Part shown: positions 45,829-54,393 of the stretch, one piece after another
Layout of the letters: every line of letters starts with the position of its first letter
Numbering within the stretch: position 1 is the stretch's first letter
NCBI GenBank assembly: GCA_964566955.1
Contig: CAZMKQ010000002.1
Span: forward strand, 8,171 to 72,170
Direction: 5' to 3'
Length of the DNA stretch: 64,000 bases
DNA from: an uncultured Caldilineaceae bacterium
Lineage (GTDB): Bacteria; Chloroflexota; Anaerolineae; Caldilineales; Caldilineaceae
Translations under genes and position numbers: made by a program
Notes under the pieces: generated by a model
Told to the model about the DNA's origin: nothing
Databases searched by the model: none
Seen by the model: the letters and a program-made list of their open reading frames with translations, nothing else

Positions 45829-46699
45829 GTCCATCACCCCCCGCACCCGCAAGGTTGGCTTGATCGGCTGGCCGGTCGGACATTCCGGTTCGCCCAGAAT
45901 GCACAACGCCGCCTTTGCGGCCGCCGGAATGGACTGGGTGTACCTGCCACTGCCCGTGCCGGTGAAACCGAAGGACCGGATTGGCGAAGCGGTGCGGGGT
46001 CTGGGTGCGCTGGGGTTTCAGGGCGCCAACGTGACCATTCCGCACAAGCAGAGTGTCATGCCCCATCTCTCGGGGATTTCGTCCGTGGCCCGGGCCGCGG
46101 GGGCGGTCAATACGTTGACGGTGGCCGCCGACGGCCGTCTCGAAGGCGACAACACGGATGTGTGGGGGTTCTATTCCGTATTGGAAGAGGCGGGATGGCA
46201 GGCGCGGTGTGGATCGGCCCTGGTGCTGGGAGCCGGCGGCTCGGCTCGTGCCGTGCTGACCGGCCTGCTCGAGGCTGGCTGCCGGAATGTCCGCATCCAC
46301 AATCGGACGCGTGTCCGGGCCGAGCACCTGATCCGGGATTTGCGTGATCTCTATCCCGGGGCAACGCTGCAGGTGGTTGGTTCGGGCCGGGAAGTATGGG
46401 AAACGGGCGGCGAAGTGGACCTGGTGGTGAATTCAACCTCGCTGGGCATGGATCCCAATGTTGGCACGTGTCCCGTGGCGGCGAACTTTCCGTGGCGGTC
46501 CGGGCAGTGGGCGTACGACTTGGTTTACAACCCTCCGACCACCTTGTTCCTGCAACGGGCCGGGCAGGCCGGTGCGCGCTGCATCGGCGGCATGGAGATG
46601 CTGGTCCGGCAGGGGGCTCGGTCCTTTGAGATCTGGACCGGCCGGTGGCCCGACCTCGACCTTATGCGAAGGGAACTGAAACTACATCTAGGACTTTAA
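45821..46699 (+). CDS. aroE: Shikimate dehydrogenase
   Basis: Contains '[21 protein letters not shown]', 'GANVTIPHK', 'NTD..GF' and '[11 protein letters not shown]'. ATG 45821 overlaps the end of aroA by 8 nt. Confidence 0.9.
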   Translation: MPESITPRTRKVGLIGWPVGHSGSPRMHNAAFAAAGMDWVYLPLPVPVKPKDRIGEAVRGLGALGFQGANVTIPHKQSVMPHLSGISSVARAAGAVNTLTVAADGRLEGDNTDVWGFYSVLEEAGWQARCGSALVLGAGGSARAVLTGLLEAGCRNVRIHNRTRVRAEHLIRDLRDLYPGATLQVVGSGREVWETGGEVDLVVNSTSLGMDPNVGTCPVAANFPWRSGQWAYDLVYNPPTTLFLQRAGQAGARCIGGMEMLVRQGARSFEIWTGRWPDLDLMRRELKLHLGL

Positions 46700-46703
46700 A
46701 CCC

Positions 46704-47960
46704 ATGGTTGACCAAATTGATGCCATTTTCCAGGCGGACGACTACGGGGTTCACTACCCGGACTCGCGGGGCAGGTTCGGACCGTACGGCGGCAAATATG
46801 TGCCCGAGACGTTGATGCCGGCGTTGGAGGAGCTGGAGGAAATCCACGCTACCGCCATGCAGGATGCAGGTTTTCAGGACGAGCTCAATTCGCTGCTGGA
46901 GACCTATGTGGGACGACCCACGCCCCTGACCCATGCCAGGCGGCTGACCGAGCACTTCGGTGGCCCTGAGATCTACCTGAAGCGGGAAGACCTGGCCCAT
47001 ACCGGTGCCCATAAGATCAACAACGCCTTGGGTCAGGCACTGATGGTGAAGCGCATCCTGGGCAAGAACCGGGTCGTGGCCGAGACGGGAGCCGGTCAGC
47101 ACGGCGTGGCCGTGGCGACCGTCTGTGCGCTGTTCGACATGGAATGCGTGGTCTACATGGGCTCCGTGGACATGGCACGCCAGGCACCCAATGTGTTTCG
47201 CATGCGTCTCCTGGGGGCGGATGTAAGGGAAGTGTCCAGCGGCAGCCAGACTCTCAAGGACGCCATCAACGAAGCTATCCGCGACTGGGTCACCAATGTG
47301 CCGGACACGCACTATCTGCTGGGCAGTGCCTTGGGTCCCCATCCGTTTCCGGTCATGGTGCGCAACCTGCAGTCCGTGATCGGGCGGGAGGCCCGCCGAC
47401 AGATGCTGGACCCGTCCGTGGGTCCGGGGCGGTTGCCGGATGTTGTTGTGGCCTGCGTGGGCGGCGGCAGCAACGCGATTGGCATGTTCTACCCGTTTGT
47501 GATGGATCCGGGGGTCCGGCTGGTCGGCGTGGAGGCCGGGGGCCGCGGCATAGACAGCCACCAGCATGCCGCCCGGTTCGCCGATCCGAAGATGGGCCGA
47601 TTGGGCGTCCTGCACGGAACCCGCAGCTATGTCCTGCAGGACGAGGACGGACAGATCGCCCTTACCCACTCCATTTCGGCCGGGCTGGACTATGCCAGCG
47701 TCGGACCGGAACATGCCCTGTTGCGGGATCGGGAACGGGCCGCATACTTCTACTGTACGGACGAACAGGCGCTGGCAGGATTCGAACTCCTGTGTCGGCA
47801 GGAAGGCATCATTCCGGCCCTTGAGAGTGCGCATGCCGTGGGGTGGCTGCCGGAACTGATGTCCGATGTTGCGTCCGACGACGTGGTCTTGGTGTCGCTA
47901 AGCGGACGGGGCGACAAGGATCTGGATACCGTGATGGCCGAGCTGTCCCCTGGGGCCTGA
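46704..47960 (+). CDS. trpB: Tryptophan synthase beta chain
   Basis: Contains '[16 protein letters not shown]', '[17 protein letters not shown]' and '[10 protein letters not shown]'. Confidence 0.95.
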   Translation: MVDQIDAIFQADDYGVHYPDSRGRFGPYGGKYVPETLMPALEELEEIHATAMQDAGFQDELNSLLETYVGRPTPLTHARRLTEHFGGPEIYLKREDLAHTGAHKINNALGQALMVKRILGKNRVVAETGAGQHGVAVATVCALFDMECVVYMGSVDMARQAPNVFRMRLLGADVREVSSGSQTLKDAINEAIRDWVTNVPDTHYLLGSALGPHPFPVMVRNLQSVIGREARRQMLDPSVGPGRLPDVVVACVGGGSNAIGMFYPFVMDPGVRLVGVEAGGRGIDSHQHAARFADPKMGRLGVLHGTRSYVLQDEDGQIALTHSISAGLDYASVGPEHALLRDRERAAYFYCTDEQALAGFELLCRQEGIIPALESAHAVGWLPELMSDVASDDVVLVSLSGRGDKDLDTVMAELSPGA

Positions 47961-47983
47961 TTCCAACCCCCAACCCAATTCAC

Positions 47984-48802
47984 ATGAACGGAAACGACTC
48001 CATGGCAGGCGTGGGGCGCATCAGGTCGGCGATCGCCAAACGGCAAGGCGATGCCACCGCGGCGTTCATGCCCTATGTCCTGTTGGGGTATCCCTCGCGG
48101 ATGGAGTCCGCGGCCATGGTGCGGATGCTGGCCGACGCCGGGGCCGACCTGTTTGAGATTGGGTTTCCCTTCAGCGATCCGCTGGCGGACGGAGCCACCC
48201 TCCAGGCCGCGACCCACAGGGCGCTGCTCAACGGCATGACCACGCGGGAATGTCTCGACATTGCCAAGGAGCTGCGGGATGCAGGGATCGCCCAGCCGTT
48301 CTGCGCCATGTCGTACTACAACCCGATCTTCAACTACGGATCCGACCGGTTCATTGAGGATGCGGTGCAGGCCGGGTTCGATGGTTTCATCATCCCCGAT
48401 CTGCCGCCGGATGAAGGCGGGGAGATGGAGGCGGCCTGCCGCGATGCCGGCCTGGCACTGGTATACCTCCTGGCACCGTCCAGTTCGGGGGAACGGGTTG
48501 GGCTGGTCACGGAGCACAGTACGGGATTCGTCTATCTGGTAAGTGTGTTGGGGACCACCGGGGCGCGCGCATCGCTGCCAACCTACTTGGCGGATCTGGT
48601 AGCGCAGGTGCGGGCCAACACGAATACCCCGGTCTGTGTTGGGTTCGGAGTCAGCAATCGCACACAAGCAGCCCAAATGGCCTCGATTGCGGATGGTGCC
48701 ATTGTGGCTTCCGTCCTGATTGACGCTGTTTCACGTCCCAACGGAGCGGATGCGGTGAAGTGTCTGGCCCGCAATTTGGCACAGGGCACTCACGGACACT
48801 GA
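47984..48802 (+). CDS. trpA: Tryptophan synthase alpha chain (intact copy)
   Basis: Contains '[18 protein letters not shown]', 'YYNPIF', 'GFIIPDLP', '[10 protein letters not shown]' and 'VGFGVSN'. The start is ATG 47984, or possibly 48002. Confidence 0.9.
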   Translation: MNGNDSMAGVGRIRSAIAKRQGDATAAFMPYVLLGYPSRMESAAMVRMLADAGADLFEIGFPFSDPLADGATLQAATHRALLNGMTTRECLDIAKELRDAGIAQPFCAMSYYNPIFNYGSDRFIEDAVQAGFDGFIIPDLPPDEGGEMEAACRDAGLALVYLLAPSSSGERVGLVTEHSTGFVYLVSVLGTTGARASLPTYLADLVAQVRANTNTPVCVGFGVSNRTQAAQMASIADGAIVASVLIDAVSRPNGADAVKCLARNLAQGTHGH

Positions 48803-49060
48803 CACCGGGACGGACGCTGGGGAAGTCACCAGTCGCGGTCCAACCCTCCGGGACGTCGGCAGCTAAACCATCCACCACCGGGTGCCAACGTTCCGTTGTG
48901 CCAGGGACACATGATATTGGCGGAACATTGGCGGAATTCAAGTTTGCGCGCAGGCTGGAAGGCATAATCCCAGTTTTGGCGAGTCCGTATGCCATGGATT
49001 GCCGGAATTCACTTCCGAGCTGTCCCCTGGCCACCGAGTCCAACCAAAGGTCCAATTCAC

Positions 49061-49879
49061 ATGAACGGAAACGACCCCATGACAGGCGTGGAGCGCATCA
49101 GATCGGCGATCGCCAACCGGCAAGGCGACGCCACGGCTGCCTTCATGCCATATTTTCCGTCCGGCTTCCCTTCCCGGTCGGAATCCGTGGCCATGATGCG
49201 GTCGATGGCCGATGCCGGAGCCGATCTGTTCGAGATCGGGTTTCCCTTCAGTGATCCATTGGCCGATGGACCCACCATTCAGGCCGCCACCCACAGGGCA
49301 TTGTTGAACGGCATGAAAACACGGGACTGTCTCGATATTGCCAAGGAATTGCGGGAGGCAGGGATCACCCAGCCGTTCTGTGCCATGTCGTACTACAACC
49401 CCATTTTCAACTACGGAACCGATCGGTTCATCGAGGATGCAGCTCAGGCGGGGTTCGACGGTTTCATCATCCCCGATCTGCCACCGGACGAGGGCGAAGA
49501 GATGGAGGAAGCCTGCCGCGAAGCCGGCTTGGCACTTGTGTATCTCCTGGCTCCGTCCAGTTCGCGGGAACGCATTGAACTGGTGACATCCCGTAGCACG
49601 GGATTTGTCTACTTGGTAAGTGTGCTGGGCACCACCGGGGCCCGTGCGTCGCTGCCGGACTACCTGACGGACTTGGTGGCGGAGGTGCGGGCCGGCACGG
49701 ATACCCCAGTTTGCGTCGGCTTCGGAGTCAGCAACGGCGTGTAGGCAGCCCAGGTGGCCACGATCGCGGACGGTGCCATCGTGGGTTCCGCCCTGGTCAA
49801 GGCCGCCGACGGACCCGATGGTGCGGATGCAGTGAAAAGCCTGGCCCGGGAATTGGCCCGGGGTGCCCACGGGCATTGA
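49061..49879 (+). pseudogene. trpA: Second, tandem trpA copy interrupted by an in-frame TAG at 49742-49744
   Basis: It is collinear with copy 1 and has the same length from the shared anchor 'agctgtcccctgg' to the stop: 861 nt in each copy. The codon aligned to caa (Gln) in copy 1 is tag here. The same frame continues open for 45 more codons ('[18 protein letters not shown]...') to TGA 49877-49879. Confidence 0.75.
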
Positions 49880-49902
49880 CCTGGGCATCCGAGGCTGGAC
49901 GG

Positions 49903-50688
49903 CTACAGGTTGTCCAATGAGGAGCGTGCTGCGGATGCGCCCTGTGCAATCAGGGCCGCGTCACTGGTTACGGTAATGAACTGAAACCCCTGCAGGCACC
50001 GCCTGCGGGCATCCTCCAGGCCGCGCCCGGCAATGCCGGGAATCTTGCCTGTGTCGCGACAGGCGGCCAGGACCCGTTCCAGTGCCAACTGGTGCTCGTC
50101 CCGCGTGTCCATCTCCGATGGGTGGAATCCAAGGGACAGCGCCAGGTCGGACGGTCCCATCCAACAACCCGTGATGCCGGGCGTCGCCAGAATTGCTTCG
50201 GCGTTGTCGACGGCCGTGGCACTTTCAAGCTGGACTGCCACAAACAACTCGTCGTTGATGCAGTCCGCGTAATCGTCGCCGTACATGCCCGCCTGGTTCC
50301 AGCCCCATGAGCGCCGGCCCAGCGGAGGCAACAGGCAGGCATCGGCCACGCGCCGGGCGTCCTCCGGTGTGTCCACCATGGGCACGATGATGCCCAGCAT
50401 GCCCTTGTCCAGCAGTTGCCCAATCAGGCGATAGTCGTTGGTGGCGACACGAGCCATGGGCGTGGCCGCGCCGAGGTTGATTTGGGCAATGGCCCTCCCG
50501 ACATCCCGTTCGTCCCAGTTTCCGTGCTGGCGGTCGACCATCACGAACTCGGCACCGCTCCCGCTGAGAATCGCGCCGGTTTCAGGGACGCCAAGCCCCA
50601 TCGACAGACCGAAGGCCGGCTTGCCTGCTCTCATTTTGGCCAGAGCCGTATTCGTCTTCATGTGTGGATTGTCCGGGTATGTTGTCAT
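49903..50688 (-). CDS. HpcH/HpaI family aldolase (2-keto-3-deoxy-acid aldolase)
   Basis: Contains 'AFGLSMGL', 'GAEFVMVDRQHG', 'IVPMVDTPEDAR' and 'VAVQLES..AV.NAEAI'. The start could be ATG 50661 instead. Confidence 0.85.
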   Translation of the reverse strand: MTTYPDNPHMKTNTALAKMRAGKPAFGLSMGLGVPETGAILSGSGAEFVMVDRQHGNWDERDVGRAIAQINLGAATPMARVATNDYRLIGQLLDKGMLGIIVPMVDTPEDARRVADACLLPPLGRRSWGWNQAGMYGDDYADCINDELFVAVQLESATAVDNAEAILATPGITGCWMGPSDLALSLGFHPSEMDTRDEHQLALERVLAACRDTGKIPGIAGRGLEDARRRCLQGFQFITVTSDAALIAQGASAARSSLDNL

Positions 50689-50780
50689 GGTCCGGATGGC
50701 TTTGGCCGCGGCGTGGACCTGCAGGCACGACCGGCGTGCCGAGTATACAATTGGGTGCACCGGTTCGGATCCGGCCGGGC

Positions 50781-51920
50781 ATGACGACGGGTTGGGAGAA
50801 TGTTGATTTGAACCAGGCAGTTCTGGATACCGCAAAGGCATTGATCGAGATTCCGTCGGTGTCCGCTGACAACAACGCGGCGGTTACCGAATTCCTGGCG
50901 GACCGGGCCGCAGGTCAGGGCTGGGTCACCGAACGGTTGACCTATCGTGATGCCGAAGACGTGCAAAAGCATTGCCTGGTGGCCCGGGCCGGAGAGGGCA
51001 CCGGGGGCGTGGCCTTCCTGTCGCATACGGATACGGTGCCCGGCCTGGCGGAATGGGAGCCGTTTGTGGCCCGGGTTGCGGACGGGCGGCTGTACGGCAG
51101 GGGCAGCTGCGACATGAAGGGGCCGATTGCCGCCTTTGTCTGTGCCGTGTCCGACATTCCGGTCGGGCAGTTGCGGAGCCCGGTCTACATGACCTTCTCG
51201 GCCGACGAGGAAGTGGGCCACGTGGGGGCTGCATGGATCATTGAGCATTCGGAGCTGCTGGCCGGCGTCTCCGTGGAGGGCGGCATCGTGACGGAGCCGA
51301 CCGGGATGGTGCCGGTCTACGCCAACAAGGGCGGCGCTTTCATGTCCGTCACGTCGCGCGGCATCGCGGCGCATTCCAGTACCGAACGCGGGGATTCCGC
51401 CAACTTCAGAATCGCGCCGTTCCTGGCGGAGATGGCCGAACTCAAGACCCAATTCATGACCGACCCCAAGTTCAGGAACGAGGAATTCGATCCCCCGACC
51501 AACGGCTTCAACATGACGATCACCGATTTTGGCTGCGCGACCAACGTGACGGCCGAGCGTTGCGAGTGCAAGCTGTCGGTTCGGAGCATGCCCGAATCGG
51601 GCTTCGAAGAGGCGGTCGCGATCATTCTGGAACGGGCCCAGGCATACGGGTTCGATCTGCGCAACCACGAGATCCCCTATTTCTACGGCAACAAGGACAG
51701 CCGCTTCACAAGTCTGTTGTGTGAGATTGCGGGGACTGCCGAAGCGGTTACCGTGCCTTACGGGACGGAGGCCGCCCACTACCAGCCCGTGGTGGATTCG
51801 ATTGTCTGGGGACCGGGAGACATCGCCCAGGCGCACACCGTCAACGAGTTCATCGAGCTGGAGCAGCTGCAGGCCGGTTACGAACAGTACAGCGAACTGG
51901 TGCGCCGGTTGTGTCTGTAG
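50781..51920 (+). CDS. M20 family metallopeptidase (ArgE/DapE-like deacylase)
   Basis: Contains 'LIEIPSVS', 'AFLSHTDTVP' and 'YGRGSCDMKGPIAA'. ATG 50781 lies divergent from the aldolase gene. Confidence 0.85.
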   Translation: MTTGWENVDLNQAVLDTAKALIEIPSVSADNNAAVTEFLADRAAGQGWVTERLTYRDAEDVQKHCLVARAGEGTGGVAFLSHTDTVPGLAEWEPFVARVADGRLYGRGSCDMKGPIAAFVCAVSDIPVGQLRSPVYMTFSADEEVGHVGAAWIIEHSELLAGVSVEGGIVTEPTGMVPVYANKGGAFMSVTSRGIAAHSSTERGDSANFRIAPFLAEMAELKTQFMTDPKFRNEEFDPPTNGFNMTITDFGCATNVTAERCECKLSVRSMPESGFEEAVAIILERAQAYGFDLRNHEIPYFYGNKDSRFTSLLCEIAGTAEAVTVPYGTEAAHYQPVVDSIVWGPGDIAQAHTVNEFIELEQLQAGYEQYSELVRRLCL

Positions 51921-52131
51921 CGTGTTCCACGCCCGGGATGTGGTTCCCGGGCGGCGGCACACGTAATGCGCCGGACGCGGTTGGGCTTGGTTGGGCAGGC
52001 TGTATCGCCGTCACGGCCCATTTCGGCCGGATGGGCATGCCCTGTTGACTGGCATCGTCGGCTTTCCGGAAGTCGAATTGGATGCGGTGGACCACTCGGA
52101 GCCGCAACACTCCCGGAGCCAGTTCTCAGAT

Positions 52132-52902
52132 TTACATAAATCGAGCACCCGAGGTTGAGGGCGTGTCGGCTCCGGCCGCAATGCGCGCGATGCCATAGGT
52201 CAGGCCCAGCAGCACACTGAACAGCACACTGACGGCCACGGCGGTCGGATCATCTGGCGCGTTGAGCAGATCGGCCACTACATTGCGGATGATCGTGGCT
52301 GGTTCAAGCATGATGTCCCAGCTGTTCCAATCCAGGAAGCGTCCAATGTAAATCCCCAGTCCGGTGGCCGGGATCGTGACAGCTGCCAGTACCCATCCCC
52401 ACGGTCGGCCGAACCGGCTGGCAATCAAGGCCTGCATCTGGTACAGGGAGCAAACGGCCAGGGCGAATCCGGTCCAGGCACTGAACACGATCACCATGAG
52501 GTCGTACCAGACCGGTATTGGGTACCTTGGACTGAGGTGGATCAGGTCGGTAACGATGTAGGGCGCGTTGGGAAAGAACAGGAACCAGACGCCAAACAGG
52601 ACGAGATTTCCCGCGGGCACCTGCAAGTTGCGGTGGTGGCCGTAGGTGAGGAGGCAACTGATCAGCATGGGCACCCAGGCCAAGGCGAGGTTCCACAGTA
52701 GGAACAGGTACGTGCTGCTGCCGGTCCGCCAAACGCGGACAGCCAGCAGCAGGACACAGCAGAAAGTGGCCAGCACCAACATCAGTCCGATTTGCACGGA
52801 GCGTCGATGCATGAGGGCGACAAACTGGCCCGCGGTATTCGTCGGATAGGCTCGGGGTGCAAACGGGCCGTCGGCGCGGCTTGGATTGACCAAGGTGTTC
52901 AA
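52132..52902 (-). CDS. DUF1361 family integral membrane protein
   Basis: 'LLWNLALAWVP', 'FFPNAPYIVTDLIHL' and 'WYDL' are the DUF1361 pattern as I recall it. The start is uncertain: TTG 52902 or ATG 52812. Confidence 0.7.
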   Translation of the reverse strand: MNTLVNPSRADGPFAPRAYPTNTAGQFVALMHRRSVQIGLMLVLATFCCVLLLAVRVWRTGSSTYLFLLWNLALAWVPMLISCLLTYGHHRNLQVPAGNLVLFGVWFLFFPNAPYIVTDLIHLSPRYPIPVWYDLMVIVFSAWTGFALAVCSLYQMQALIASRFGRPWGWVLAAVTIPATGLGIYIGRFLDWNSWDIMLEPATIIRNVVADLLNAPDDPTAVAVSVLFSVLLGLTYGIARIAAGADTPSTSGARFM

Positions 52903-52911
52903 GGTCGCTTT

Positions 52912-53088
52912 TCAGGGACCTCCGTCGGATTCCGGAAACCAGTTCGATAGCAGATCGCTCACCAACTCCTGGACGTCGTTTCCCATGATGAGCAGAATGG
53001 ACAGGAACACGATCACAACCAGGATGATCATCAGAAGCAGTTCGATTACCCCCTGGCTGGAGGCTCGCGGTGAAGGAGGTCTGCGCAC
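52912..53088 (-). CDS. Small (58 aa) single-TM protein, Flp/Fap-pilin-like
   Basis: AAGGAG lies 6 nt upstream of GTG 53088. The product 'MRRPPSPRASSQGVIELLLMIILVVIVFLSILLIMGNDVQELVSDLLSNWF...' resembles the Flp pattern G-x4-E-(Y), hydrophobic helix, then G..i...f. The 95-aa ORF in the track is probably over-extended. Confidence 0.4.
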   Translation of the reverse strand: MRRPPSPRASSQGVIELLLMIILVVIVFLSILLIMGNDVQELVSDLLSNWFPESDGGP

Positions 53089-53636
53089 GCTGGACTCCTT
53101 GTGGGCGGGACTTGGCACAGGGTCCGTGCGCGCCGGGTTTCGCGGAAAACTTGGGGGGCCCGGCTGCTCGGATTCTGTACATCCGTTGATTTCGATCAAC
53201 TAATTCTAGCCAATCTCTGTGCCGCGGCGTGTGCCGGTTCCGCGTCTTGTTCCGGACAGCACGGATACCAAACGGTTGCGGTCCGGTCGTAAGCACCCGG
53301 GGTCGAACCTGTCGTGTGGAGCAATGCTGGCACCATCAAACGCCAACCACGTTTGGGGCTCGCCGAGAGGTTTGCCTCGGGTCTGCCGGCCCGAATCACC
53401 AGTCACGCTCAGGGCCTTTGCCAGGCGCATCTGTGACAACGTGTGACACGGGGCCCGGAAGCGAAAAGGAACTTCCATGGCGGTGGTCGGGTTGCAAGAA
53501 ATGGGAGGCGTTGGGGCCATGTGGGGTGCGCTTGCCAGAGATCGGGACCGCGTCCAATCTACCCGTGGTCACCACCAAATTGGAACGCCATGGTCCTGTT
53601 CCGCGGACCTGAGTACGGAACTCCACTGTCAGCCGG

Positions 53637-53645
53637 TGCTATAAT
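53637..53645 (+). promoter_or_regulatory. Extended -10 promoter element TGcTATAAT upstream of the zinc-ribbon gene
   Basis: A perfect TATAAT preceded by TGc, 32 nt before GTG 53677. This is a rare AT-rich hexamer in GC-rich DNA. No good -35 element is present. Confidence 0.35.
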
Positions 53646-53676
53646 TCACAACCTAGCACAGCAAAAGCGTGGCGTA

Positions 53677-54384
53677 GTGGCAACCGATATAGAGAAGCTG
53701 TTTGACTTGCAGCAAATCGACCTGAAACGTCTGCGCATCGTCAAGCAAGTCAAGAAGTCGCTGGTCAGCGTTCGTGAGCCGATCGACCTGGTTCGGTTGC
53801 GCGAATCGGTCGGCTCCATGAGCGAGGAGCAGGAGAGCCTGAAGGAGAACCAGATCTTGGCTGAAAGCCAGGTCAAGGTGGTCAAGGAGAAAATTGCGGC
53901 CAACCAGGACCTGCTGAACAGTGGACGTCTGACCGATCCCAAGGACATTGCTGCACTGCAGTCGCAGATTGTGGAACTCGAGTCCACCAAATCCGCCTAT
54001 GAGGAACGGGCCTTGGCCGCGCTGCTTGAGTTTGAGGATAAGAACAAGCAGTATCAGCCTCTGGTCGAACGGTTGGAGGAGCGGACCGGGGAGTGGGAGG
54101 AACTGCGTCGTTGTGCCCGGGAAGAACAGGCAGGCATGGCAGCCGAGCTGAAGGAATTGAACCGGGAACGTTCGGTGCATGCCAGCGACATGGACAAGGA
54201 CGCATTGCAGGTCTATGAGGAGTTGCTGAAACGCAAGAACGGCATCGCCGTGACCACGATCACCAACTCGTCCTGCGATGCGTGTTTCATGAGCCTGCCC
54301 ACCAGCGTGGCGACGGCGCCCCGCAACGGGAGCGGCAACTACCTCCACTGTCCGAGCTGCGGCCGGATGCTGATCCAGCGCTGA
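53677..54384 (+). CDS. COG1579-type coiled-coil protein with C-terminal C4 zinc ribbon (DUF164)
   Basis: 'LFDLQQIDLK' is followed by a long coiled coil and then 'CDACFMSLP...HCPSCGRML'. I chose GTG 53677 because it gives the usual length of about 235 aa; the listed 53443 start is over-extended. Confidence 0.8.
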   Translation: MATDIEKLFDLQQIDLKRLRIVKQVKKSLVSVREPIDLVRLRESVGSMSEEQESLKENQILAESQVKVVKEKIAANQDLLNSGRLTDPKDIAALQSQIVELESTKSAYEERALAALLEFEDKNKQYQPLVERLEERTGEWEELRRCAREEQAGMAAELKELNRERSVHASDMDKDALQVYEELLKRKNGIAVTTITNSSCDACFMSLPTSVATAPRNGSGNYLHCPSCGRMLIQR

Positions 54385-54393
54385 TCCCGAAGT

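Noticed and set aside
53595-53625. SRP-RNA-like motif on the minus strand, CAGGUCCGCGGAACAGGACC, compared with the conserved CAGGUCCGGAAGGAAGCAGC
   Set aside because: It folds as a simple 5-bp hairpin with an 8-nt loop. It lacks the GNRA tetraloop and the symmetric and asymmetric loops of SRP helix 8, and there is no flanking helix 5.
53200-53636. The ORF-free 440 nt upstream of the COG1579 zinc-ribbon gene, as an RNase P RNA or other RNA (from memory, rnpB lies near COG1579 genes in some Actinobacteria)
   Set aside because: No GAAAGUCC or ACAGAACCCGGCUUA-type motifs occur on either strand, and I found no convincing long-range helices.
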